From the IMG/VR virus record IMGVR_UViG_3300027693_000002: 64,000 nucleotides of DNA; one strand, given 5' to 3'. The stretch comes from a virus. Under the pieces are notes generated by a model that worked only from the letters and a program-made list of their open reading frames with translations, was not told the DNA's origin and did no database searches. Positions within the stretch are counted from its first letter, which is position 1. Every line of letters starts with the position of its first letter. Position numbers and translations under genes: made by a program. Shown here one piece after another: positions 19,029 to 27,377 of this stretch.

Positions 19029-19325
19029 ATGACCATCGAGGTCGTCAGGATGGAGGGTTTCCAACGTGCGAGGGTGCAGTACACGCTCCCGAACGATCCA
19101 ACTCTGGGCTGGCACATCACTCGCGTAGAGGTCGTGGCTGACCTCGTCAAGGTAGGAACGCCTCTTACGAGCTACCAAGACCTCTCAATCCTTGAGGTCC
19201 AATCCGTCGTGCAACTTATCCTGGGCCGAGCCGTCCAGGTTGAGGTCAATGCCCTCGACCAGCTTGATGACGTTGAGAGCAACGGTTGCGTCAGGTGCTG
19301 GAAGACCTTCAGACTCGTAGGATGA
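19029..19325 (+). CDS. hypothetical protein
   Basis: ORF track 98 aa. Confidence 0.35.
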   Translation: MTIEVVRMEGFQRARVQYTLPNDPTLGWHITRVEVVADLVKVGTPLTSYQDLSILEVQSVVQLILGRAVQVEVNALDQLDDVESNGCVRCWKTFRLVG

Positions 19326-19474
19326 CCGTGGTCACGAGGATCCTCACCTCCTGGGTCATCTGCTTGATGACCTGTGCCGTCCTCAAGTTCCCGAAAGAAG
19401 CGGCTATTGAGTGCCTCATTGTGGTCACTCTACTGAACCTGATCTGGGCTGGACTAGCTCGAGTCTGGCCTTGA
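19286..19474 (+). CDS. small membrane protein
   Basis: 62 aa with two hydrophobic segments. Confidence 0.25.
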   Translation: MRQVLEDLQTRRMTVVTRILTSWVICLMTCAVLKFPKEAAIECLIVVTLLNLIWAGLARVWP

Positions 19475-19493
19475 AGGTGCTCCCGTCCTACGG

Positions 19494-20198
19494 TTAGGAT
19501 AGCGACCTCATTATCCGTTGGTACCGAGTAAGTACTGGAGCCTTTTCTTGTGGGGAATTCCTCAGCAACCACTCGCGGCAATCGGCGAGTTGGGAGTTTC
19601 TTTCTTCATCACTAACCCCATCAGTAGTATCCCAAGCCCAAGTAGTAGCATCCCAAGCATCAGAAACAGTCCAAGTACCCAAAGCAGCTCCAGCAGCAAA
19701 AGCAGCAGCTCTCGCTGGCCAAACATCTCTAACATCAGAAACAGAAGCGTCAAAAGCAGCTCAAGTAGAAGCAGCCTCAGAAACAACCCTAGCCGCTTCG
19801 TCAGCCGCATTAGAAGCGCTCTCTAGCTCTTCTTTCGGGATCTCTTCCCCCTCAGCGTATCGGTCGCATAGATCTAAGGCTTGAAGGCTACCAGGATGAG
19901 ACCCTTCTGTCTTCGTACAGGCCCGGCGCGCAGCCCGAGCCGCCACATAGACCATTCCCCTCCTCCCAAGAACCTCCTCGTGTAGGAGAAGCCGAACCTT
20001 GTTCTTAGAGGGGATCGATGCTCCGAACACATCCATCACCCCCATCGGGAGTTGTTCGTTCGGGATAAGGTCAGAATTTTCCCACCTCTCAAGGAGTTCA
20101 CTCGTAATGGTTATCACAAGGACCTCATTATCCGCTGATACCTTGTGAGTATGGGGGCTCTTTCTTGTGGGTTTCCCCTTAGAAGCCAATCTCGGCAA
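19494..20198 (-). pseudogene. paralog copy 4; reading frame broken inside the Ala-rich linker (N-domain ORF 19761..20198, C-domain ORF 19494..19682)
   Basis: conserved N and C domains lie in different frames; low-complexity GCAGC-rich DNA between. Confidence 0.4.
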
Positions 20199-20650
20199 TC
20201 AGTAAGTTGGGACCTTCTCTCTATCTCTTCATTAGAAGTAGCAGTCCAAGCAGCCCTAGGAACAGCAATCGCTCTAGCAGCATTAGCAGCAGCCCTAGCA
20301 GCCCAAGAAGAAGCAGCTTCAGAAGAAGCCACCTCAGCCGCCTTAATAGCTCTCTCTAACTCTTCTTTCTGGATATCTTCTCCAGCAGCGTACCGATCAC
20401 ATAGATCTAGAGCTCGAAGACTATCAGAATGGTACCAACCTGTCACTGTACGGGCTCGGCGTGCCGCCCTGGCCGCTACATAGACCAAACCCCTCCGCCC
20501 AAGAACTTCCTCACGTAAAAGAACCCGAACCTTGTCCCTAGAGGGAATCGGGGCTTCGAACAACCTCATCACCTCCATCGGAAGTAGTTCTTTTGGGATA
20601 AAGTCGGAAACCTCCCAACTTTCGAGAAGTTCACTCGTAATTGTAATCAC
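20114..20650 (-). CDS. paralog copy 3, intact 178-aa member of tandem family
   Basis: contains complete N domain, Ala-rich linker and C-terminal TRYQRIMRSL. Confidence 0.6.
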   Translation of the reverse strand: MITITSELLESWEVSDFIPKELLPMEVMRLFEAPIPSRDKVRVLLREEVLGRRGLVYVAARAARRARTVTGWYHSDSLRALDLCDRYAAGEDIQKEELERAIKAAEVASSEAASSWAARAAANAARAIAVPRAAWTATSNEEIERRSQLTDCRDWLLRGNPQERAPILTRYQRIMRSL

Positions 20651-20662
20651 AACGACCTCATC

Positions 20663-21412
20663 TTATGTGTTCCCTTTCAGCAACCACTCTCGACAATCAG
20701 CGAGTTGGGACTTTCTCTCCTCTTCCCTTTCTCCTTCCTCATTAGAAGTGGCTCTAACAGCAGCTGCCTCCACAGCGGCCCAAGCATCAGTCCTGACAGG
20801 GGACAAAGACGAAGCGGCATTAGCAGCCCTTACCGCCTTACAAGTAGCCCATGCCGCCCCCCAAGTAGCATCACAAGCAGACAGAGCCGCCACATCAGCC
20901 ACATTAGCAGCTCTCGCTAGCTCTTCTTTCGGGATCTCTTCCCCTTCAACGTATCGGTCGCATAGATCTAGAGCTCGAAGGCTATCAGAATGAGACAATT
21001 CTGTCTTCGTACAGGCCCGACGGGCAGCCTTCGCCGCCACATAGACCATTCCCCTCCTCCCAAGAACCTCCTCGTGTAAGAGTATCAATAGGGTATTAAT
21101 AGGGGAGATAGGGATTTCAAACAATCCCATAAGCCCCATCGGAATGATCTCTTTCTTATTGGCTATCATATCACCCCCATTATTCGTTGGTACAGGAACC
21201 CTCAGCAACCACTCTCGGCAATCAGTGAGTTGGGCTTCTTTCTCTTCCTCCTCACTAGAAAAATCCATCCAAGCAGTGGCTCGGGCAGCAGTGATAGCAT
21301 TATTCCAGGCATTAGTAGCATCCCAAGTAACTCTAGCATTAGCCCAAGCAGCCATAGAAGCAGCCCAAGCAGTCAATAGAAGAAGCCCAAGCATTCCCCC
21401 TAACAGCTTCAA
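20663..21412 (-). CDS. fused/degenerate paralog copies 1-2 (C domain of copy 1 joined in-frame to degenerate N domain of copy 2)
   Basis: AQLTDCREWLL motif near N-terminus, then EEVLGRRGMVYVAAKAARRA... and second SQLADCREWLL at C-terminus. Confidence 0.45.
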   Translation of the reverse strand: MKLLGGMLGLLLLTAWAASMAAWANARVTWDATNAWNNAITAARATAWMDFSSEEEEKEAQLTDCREWLLRVPVPTNNGGDMIANKKEIIPMGLMGLFEIPISPINTLLILLHEEVLGRRGMVYVAAKAARRACTKTELSHSDSLRALDLCDRYVEGEEIPKEELARAANVADVAALSACDATWGAAWATCKAVRAANAASSLSPVRTDAWAAVEAAAVRATSNEEGEREEERKSQLADCREWLLKGNT

Positions 21413-21474
21413 CGGCTGCCATAGAAGCAGCCTCAGCAGCCTTCTCTAACTCTTCCTTCGGGATCTCTCCCCCT

Positions 21475-21786
21475 TCAGCGTACCGCCCTCGCCGTTACAT
21501 AGATCAAACCCCTGCTACCAAGAATCTCCTCCCGTAGGAGAATCCGAACCTTGATTTCAGAAGAAATCGGAGCATCAAACACTCCCATCACTCCCATCGG
21601 GAAAAGTTCACTTAGGATAAAGCCGGAAGTCTTCCAATTCTCAAGGTGTTCTTTCGTAATGGTGACCATAATGACCCCCATTATCCGGGGATCACCTCCA
21701 AAAGTCAACCGGTGTATCCCTGCCACCGGAGGATCCCCCATGAAAGAGAAGCCTGAACCCGAAAGAAAAGGCTGGATGCCGGTCAC
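21475..21786 (-). CDS. N-terminal-domain fragment of tandem family (copy 1), truncated
   Basis: VTITKEHLENW...LLREEILGSRGLIYVTARAVR then stop. Confidence 0.3.
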   Translation of the reverse strand: MTGIQPFLSGSGFSFMGDPPVAGIHRLTFGGDPRIMGVIMVTITKEHLENWKTSGFILSELFPMGVMGVFDAPISSEIKVRILLREEILGSRGLIYVTARAVR

Positions 21787-21886
21787 TGAACACCATCCCC
21801 CAATCGATGAACCGCTACTCGTCTATCGTCGTATAGATCGATACTCGATCAGCTCAGCCTATCCATGAAGGTCTTTACACCGGAAG

Positions 21887-22456
21887 TTGATTGAAGTAAG
21901 CTTCATTAAGATTATGCCAACGGTACAGGTTCTTGTTCGAGTCATTGGGGAAGGTGGGGACCTAGCCTCCTCTGAATTCACAATGACCGATGAGGTTATG
22001 CGATCCTGGAGCGCTGGTGAACTCGAGGATCCGTTCGACCTGGCTCGCGAGTTGGGTGCCACCTTCTGGAATAGCCTTCGAAACCAAATAGAGAGTGGGA
22101 TCGTCGTATTCAATCCTAATGACATTCAGGTCGTAGTAAGGAGGAATCAGAACCTAATTGAAGAGACGCCCTGGGAAAGGATTCGCCCCGCCATAGGTCA
22201 TATCTATTTCAATTCTGAGCCAGAGTCCGTCGGGCTCATGCCGGTTCGCACAGAACTCACTGAATTGAATCTCCCTCAGCGAAGAACTCTGATTGACGCC
22301 ATCCTGACGGAGCCTATCAGAGAGAGGCTTGAGGTTGTTGTCGAACGGGTGCGAGGACGGTCTGAACCGGAACCTTCATCTTCGAGGAAGAAGGAGCCCA
22401 TGAAAAAAGACCGAACGACCATCCCAAGCCGCTACAAGCGTAGCCCGGTGATCTGA
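21887..22456 (+). CDS. hypothetical protein ending in SRYKRSPVI
   Basis: ORF track 189 aa; shared C-terminal motif. Confidence 0.45.
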   Translation: MIEVSFIKIMPTVQVLVRVIGEGGDLASSEFTMTDEVMRSWSAGELEDPFDLARELGATFWNSLRNQIESGIVVFNPNDIQVVVRRNQNLIEETPWERIRPAIGHIYFNSEPESVGLMPVRTELTELNLPQRRTLIDAILTEPIRERLEVVVERVRGRSEPEPSSSRKKEPMKKDRTTIPSRYKRSPVI

Positions 22457-22508
22457 GAACGACTTGAAAAGTATTGATCTGTAGGAGTGGATACCTATAT
22501 AATCCAGA

Positions 22509-22886
22509 GTGTGGAGAACAGCCAGACAAATGACTCAAGATAACCTAACAGAACTGAAACCGTACGTGAATGCCCGCCTCTTGAGAGCAGCGAAGCGAGG
22601 GCTAGAGACGGTGAGCAACGACTTGGTTATCTACGTTGACTCCGACGCCAAGGGGGATTTCCTGGTAACGGACAGAAATAAGTTCCTGTCTATCACGAGT
22701 TCATGTGGGGATACACTCAAGCAGGCCCTTGACGAGCCGGCTCAAGTGAAAGCATCCAGGAGTATGCCTCTCACCAAGGATGTCGTTGCATTCTGGTTTG
22801 TAGTGGCGGAACCGGAAGGGGTAAAGGCCCAAGTGCTGACCCTAAACAACTATCGTCTCACGACTCCCTTCGTTGGCTTGGCATAG
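22509..22886 (+). CDS. hypothetical protein
   Basis: ORF track 125 aa. Confidence 0.4.
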   Translation: MWRTARQMTQDNLTELKPYVNARLLRAAKRGLETVSNDLVIYVDSDAKGDFLVTDRNKFLSITSSCGDTLKQALDEPAQVKASRSMPLTKDVVAFWFVVAEPEGVKAQVLTLNNYRLTTPFVGLA

Positions 22887-23203
22887 GTCAGCCCAATCGG
22901 AATGAAGCTGACCAAGCAAGGTGTTCGGGACCTCGGTGGGAACGAACGTAGAATACTACGACCACGTAAGAGTTGGTCCGTCTTACGGCAATGTGATCAT
23001 CGGCGTATGCGGGAGTGCCACCGTGGGTGCGGGCATTGGCGTTGCCCGGATTGTGGTCTTGGTTTTGACGACATGGGGGAGGGTGGCAATCCATACAGGT
23101 GTTAAGAACCAATGGTTATCCGGTTCCTTGACGTATTTGGTTAAGCAGCCTGTCACAAGTCGTCTTTTGTCCTAACTATTCCCGTAGACCCAAGGAACGT
23201 GAC

Positions 23204-23527
23204 ATGCTTCCAGGTGGCTGTGACGTAGCTCTTCAAACGAGATTCGGTGCAAATGACACTCTAACTCACGCGGTTGTTGTCATACAGAGAGTATGGGGTT
23301 CCGCCATATTGGATAGAGGGGAACCGTCTGAGATCTTCGTCTATCGAACTAAAGAAGCGATGGATGCTTGGGGTAAGCATGGATGGACTGCGAGATACGC
23401 CAAGGATATGATCCACTTGATAGCCCAACGCGCCGGATCGTTGCTCATAGCCCTCGAAAGCTTAGAAGACAGCATTCTGTCTCAGATTCTTGAAGGCATC
23501 AGAGAGGCTATTAAACCCGGAGATTGA
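23204..23527 (+). CDS. hypothetical protein
   Basis: ORF track 107 aa. Confidence 0.35.
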   Translation: MLPGGCDVALQTRFGANDTLTHAVVVIQRVWGSAILDRGEPSEIFVYRTKEAMDAWGKHGWTARYAKDMIHLIAQRAGSLLIALESLEDSILSQILEGIREAIKPGD

Positions 23528-23571
23528 TCCTAACGTGTCTGAGCTACCTGGGAGCGAACTCAGCCCCATAC

Positions 23572-24024
23572 TCAGTCCAGAATCGATGAGGATCCCGCAT
23601 GAACTCCTCGCGTAGGAACCCACTGGGGAGAACTTGAACCTCCCAGGTTGGGATTCGAAGCACCAAAGGCCTCATGAGCGTTCCCCAATTGAAGCAGCTG
23701 GATGACCGTGTAGCTGGCGGTTAGCTCTGCCAAGGTGCTCTTCCCCGTCCTGCGCCCAGCAGCTAGGACAAGGCCAGGACGGGGCAGCAATGACTGGTCC
23801 TGGACGTTGCACCGACCTTCTTCAAAGAGGTAGCTCAAGTAGTCGTCTTCAGAAAGACTGTATCGAAGCGTCTCCTGAAATGGATCAAAGATCTGGATCC
23901 GACGCTCGGAGGTATTGAGTTCAATCCCGTAGTATAGCTTCAAAATGAAGCGCTGGACCGGCAGGAGAGTCCAGTTCAGCCCCATCGGGCCTTCAACGAA
24001 GTCCAAGATGTTGTTGAACGGCAC
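23572..24024 (-). CDS. P-loop NTPase-like protein (Walker A GRRTGKST); possibly terminase-like N-terminal fragment
   Basis: VLAAGRRTGKSTLAEL Walker A; only 150 aa. Confidence 0.35.
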   Translation of the reverse strand: MPFNNILDFVEGPMGLNWTLLPVQRFILKLYYGIELNTSERRIQIFDPFQETLRYSLSEDDYLSYLFEEGRCNVQDQSLLPRPGLVLAAGRRTGKSTLAELTASYTVIQLLQLGNAHEAFGASNPNLGGSSSPQWVPTRGVHAGSSSILD

Positions 24025-24042
24025 TCATTGAATACACCACAG

Positions 24043-24456
24043 CTAGACTACCCACTTTCTCTGATATCTAGACAATCTCACAACTGGTACGTCATCATTA
24101 GAAAGCCCCATTGGGAGGTAAACCGCCGGGTACCCATTGTAAGGTTTAGAACAGAAGCGAGGTAGCTCACATTTAAGCCTACCATTACTGTAAAACTCCT
24201 CTCTTCGTCTGAGGCAATCAGAACATAGAGTAGGGGCCCCAGGCTTGCGTCGACAGTCATCACATTCGAAGTAGTCCGGAGCCCAATAGAAGGCATGGAG
24301 GTAGTCGATTTTCGTTCTGTGTTTATTGTCCTCTGGGTGGTTGATCCCCTCGAGCTCGACGAACTCCTGAACGATCTTCGTGACTCGGAAGAGGTCGTTC
24401 GGCGTTTCTTTCGATCGAAGATGAAGCCCTACTTGGAGCCAACCTGGGCGGACCAT
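24043..24456 (-). CDS. Cys-rich hypothetical protein ending in SRYQRKWVV
   Basis: ORF track 137 aa; CDDCRR..CSDC motifs; shared C-terminal motif variant. Confidence 0.4.
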   Translation of the reverse strand: MVRPGWLQVGLHLRSKETPNDLFRVTKIVQEFVELEGINHPEDNKHRTKIDYLHAFYWAPDYFECDDCRRKPGAPTLCSDCLRRREEFYSNGRLKCELPRFCSKPYNGYPAVYLPMGLSNDDVPVVRLSRYQRKWVV

Positions 24457-24848
24457 TAGAACTGAACCGTGGTGCTCCTAGCCACGCTACCTTTCTTGGT
24501 CACCTCCAGAATGACGTAAGGCTTCTTGTCGTACCCGGTTCGGGCATCAAGTTCGGTGATGAACTCTTCGAGGTAGGACTTTTCGGTCGTCACCCAGTGC
24601 TCAAACGCATCGAGCGTTTCCGTATGAGCTGGGTATCCGTGACCTGGGCAAGTGCGTGAGCGTTCATCTCCCTCGTGATAGATGCTCCGGGTTGCATAGA
24701 TGAGGATTGCGAAGTGAGGCTCATTGGGGACATCGACGGGTCCTTTAACTCGCTTCATCAGATCTTGATTTCTCATGTCGGTACTCCTGTTGCCAAGTCG
24801 AGTGCGTCGACCAGTGATTGGACGGCACTCACTACACCTTGGTGACAC
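24456..24848 (-). CDS. hypothetical protein
   Basis: ORF track 130 aa, coupled to neighbours. Confidence 0.4.
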   Translation of the reverse strand: MSPRCSECRPITGRRTRLGNRSTDMRNQDLMKRVKGPVDVPNEPHFAILIYATRSIYHEGDERSRTCPGHGYPAHTETLDAFEHWVTTEKSYLEEFITELDARTGYDKKPYVILEVTKKGSVARSTTVQF

Positions 24849-25174
24849 TACTCGATAGGCATGTGAATTAACTCACAGAGTTTGGAGATCTGCTCATCCT
24901 TCCGCTTCAGCAGGGACAAGAGGACCCGTTGGGGCAGCGCAGTGGAGAATACTAGTAGCCGATGATCCGCGTCATAACCGAAACTTACAAACCATTGTTC
25001 GATCGTGTCTGGGTGCTTGGGCGGGAACTCTCCTCGAAGCACTACGCCTTCAGCCCATGCCTGAAGCTCATTGACCTCTTGGTCGGTCAAACCCTCGAAC
25101 AACTGCGTGGTCAAATTGATGGTTGCCATATTATGCGCCAAACCTTTACTTCTCAGCTTGAAACATCTTACCAC
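24848..25174 (-). CDS. hypothetical protein
   Basis: ORF track 108 aa. Confidence 0.4.
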   Translation of the reverse strand: MVRCFKLRSKGLAHNMATINLTTQLFEGLTDQEVNELQAWAEGVVLRGEFPPKHPDTIEQWFVSFGYDADHRLLVFSTALPQRVLLSLLKRKDEQISKLCELIHMPIE

Positions 25175-25192
25175 ATGAAGTAAAAGCGCACA

Positions 25193-26167
25193 ATGATGAC
25201 GATCGAGGAGATCCGTGAGGGCGCTACTAACCTACTAGACCAGATTGGTGCTGATTGGATTCAAAAAAGGATGGATCCAGACACCATCTTCATAGTCGTA
25301 AGCCCTCAAGATGAGGGTAAGACGGAAACATACTTGAACTATCTGATTTTGAATGGGTACGTTGAACGAGTTGTCTATCCTTGGTCAGCGTGGAAGCTGA
25401 CCAAGGAAGGTAAGATGAGAGTCATCCAGAATCTTCCCAAAACCCCTACGTCTAACTCCAAGATGCCAATACTACTCTCACCAATTTTCTATGAGAGTGC
25501 TGCCAACCTCATCAAGTTGGGGGATGCTTTTAGAACAGATCCGAATCTGGAGAAACCTGAGAGTGTTAAGCTCGTAAGTCGAGATGAGAGACTTTGGCCA
25601 GGACTCAACAACACTGAGAGAAGGCTCTTGGAGGACCTGTGGGCAGATCTTTTGTACCTTCGGGAGGAGAAACCTTATTCTGAATCGAGAGCGCCTAATG
25701 GATCTCTCGAGGCTCATTTCAGTCAAGCTAAGGACGACAATGACCTGCTCGAGATGGCTAGGCTGCTCTATGACTGCCCGAAGCTTGCTACTGGGGTCGA
25801 GGGGGCAAATACTCGCCAGCTTCTGTGGAGAGCTCTTGGTTTAAAGGAGGTAGCTAACAGGTTCGAAGCTCTGCAGACCAAGATCACGTTGCGTCTTTCC
25901 TTCAGAGCTCTCAGAGACAGTTGGAAGAAAGACGCCCAAGTATTGTCCGCCATTGACCTGAACCACAAAGCCTATCAAAAAGTCATCCAGATGGGCATGC
26001 CTGTGGTCCCAATCATTCTGGAGGAGCTACGAGATAACCCAGACTGGTGGGGTCCAGCCTTACAGGCTATTACAAAAGAGAATCCTTGTACGGAAGAGAT
26101 GGAGGGGAAGCTTGATTTGATTACTCAGGCATGGTTGGATTGGGGTCGAGCTCGAGGACACATATGA
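25193..26167 (+). CDS. hypothetical protein
   Basis: ORF track 324 aa. Confidence 0.5.
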   Translation: MMTIEEIREGATNLLDQIGADWIQKRMDPDTIFIVVSPQDEGKTETYLNYLILNGYVERVVYPWSAWKLTKEGKMRVIQNLPKTPTSNSKMPILLSPIFYESAANLIKLGDAFRTDPNLEKPESVKLVSRDERLWPGLNNTERRLLEDLWADLLYLREEKPYSESRAPNGSLEAHFSQAKDDNDLLEMARLLYDCPKLATGVEGANTRQLLWRALGLKEVANRFEALQTKITLRLSFRALRDSWKKDAQVLSAIDLNHKAYQKVIQMGMPVVPIILEELRDNPDWWGPALQAITKENPCTEEMEGKLDLITQAWLDWGRARGHI

Positions 26168-26430
26168 ATTCAGGTCGAAAAGGTCAGAGCCGCAATGTTG
26201 AGGGGGCGCTCAACTACTTCCGGGAGGCACTCAAGGTCCTCATAGGCAAGGAGCCACCGATGGAGGTTCCACCTTACGGAGCTCATGACATGGGAGATGG
26301 AGTGATAGCACTACAGGACTGGTGTTCTGAAAATGCACGACCGTCATGGGCAACGGGACTTTCGATGATCGAAGCGGCTGAGCTGATCGTCCAGCAAGCG
26401 CTTGACAACGCTAACATCAAGAAAACCTGA
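26131..26430 (+). CDS. hypothetical small protein
   Basis: ORF track 99 aa. Confidence 0.3.
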   Translation: MVGLGSSSRTHMNSGRKGQSRNVEGALNYFREALKVLIGKEPPMEVPPYGAHDMGDGVIALQDWCSENARPSWATGLSMIEAAELIVQQALDNANIKKT

Positions 26431-26433
26431 ACT

Positions 26434-26649
26434 ATGCCGACCATAAAGCTTCCTGGTAACCTTGGATCTGTAACCACTCACGGGACTCAAGAAGATGCTG
26501 ACCGGGCGAAAGTAATCCTCGATGCTCGTCATGCTTTCGCCCTGAAGTATTGTCAAGATCAAGGCTGGCCTACCGAACTTGGGAAGCTTTCGATTGCGCA
26601 GGTCTTACAGATCCGAGCACAAGAAGGCTGGAAGAAACCAACAGTCTAA
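26434..26649 (+). CDS. hypothetical small protein
   Basis: ORF track 71 aa. Confidence 0.3.
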   Translation: MPTIKLPGNLGSVTTHGTQEDADRAKVILDARHAFALKYCQDQGWPTELGKLSIAQVLQIRAQEGWKKPTV

Positions 26650-27026
26650 GTTGAATAAGCCTTCTTAATCTTCGTGAGCCCCCGAGTATTGATCATCCCG
26701 GTGACCACCCAGCAATTGCGCTCATCCCTGCCACGTTCAAGGCACCCAATCAGGTAGGGCCCACAGGTGATGTGGAGCTCTCCATCGGCATCCTTGCCAA
26801 CGGTCCAGAGCAGATAGCCACTGAGGCCGCAGGCTGCATAGTCATGACCTACAACCAGATCTTCGGTTGTGGGTACGGGCTTTTTCACAATCTTGCCGTC
26901 GAGAATGGAATGAAGAGGAACTCCATTCCATTCGTGCACAACGAACCCAAAGGTCCTTTTCTCGTGGGCATCCGCGGGGAGAACAATCAGTTCAGTTTTA
27001 GCAGGGATTACTAGTTTTTCGGACAT
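26646..27026 (-). CDS. hypothetical protein
   Basis: ORF track 126 aa. Confidence 0.35.
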   Translation of the reverse strand: MSEKLVIPAKTELIVLPADAHEKRTFGFVVHEWNGVPLHSILDGKIVKKPVPTTEDLVVGHDYAACGLSGYLLWTVGKDADGELHITCGPYLIGCLERGRDERNCWVVTGMINTRGLTKIKKAYST

Positions 27027-27071
27027 AGGTCTCCGGATTCGACATCACATCAATTGGTGTAGTAAGCACAC

Positions 27072-27374
27072 ATGTCGATGTCCACAGATGAGAGAAAACC
27101 CCTTATTCTCAAGAGAAACTATGACCCGAGGAAACGTCACAAGGGGGAAGTGTTCGGCCCCTACGAGCTGATCAAGATCGCTGGAGAGGGACCGAATGCT
27201 GACTGGTCCTTCTGGAAGGCTCTCTGTCTCGTCTGTGGGGCCATCGTGACGGTCAGTGTACGTCAGACGAACAACCTAGTTAAGCAGAAGGGTTGCAAGT
27301 GTTGTAGAGGTAAGAGACCAACAGCCCCCTCAGTACTGAATACCGAAGGGGCTATGATTCAGCCCACCGAGTAG
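27072..27374 (+). CDS. hypothetical protein with Cys cluster
   Basis: ORF track 100 aa; CLVCG...CKCCRG. Confidence 0.35.
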   Translation: MSMSTDERKPLILKRNYDPRKRHKGEVFGPYELIKIAGEGPNADWSFWKALCLVCGAIVTVSVRQTNNLVKQKGCKCCRGKRPTAPSVLNTEGAMIQPTE

Positions 27375-27377
27375 TGA

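Larger units (their letters stand above)
19494..21786 (-). repeat. tandem array of four diverged ~550-bp gene-sized repeats (paralogous gene family)
   Basis: protein-level unit: N-terminal domain ITITSELLExWE..LPMGVM..EEVLGRRGxVYVAARAARRA..SLRALDLCDRY..GEEIxKEEL, Ala/Trp-rich variable linker, C-terminal SQLxDCRxWLLxxNPQExAPxLTRYQRIMRSL; four copies recognisable. Confidence 0.7.

Noticed and set aside
19518-19826. Low-complexity ORFs (Ser-rich plus strand; Leu-rich minus strand 19562..19810) in the tandem-family linker
   Set aside because: These are alternative-frame readings of the GCAGC-rich linker DNA of paralog copy 4. Composition is non-protein-like.
23572-24024. Calling the Walker-A protein a complete large terminase
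   Set aside because: It is only 150 aa, with no nuclease domain. It is kept as a P-loop protein of uncertain identity.
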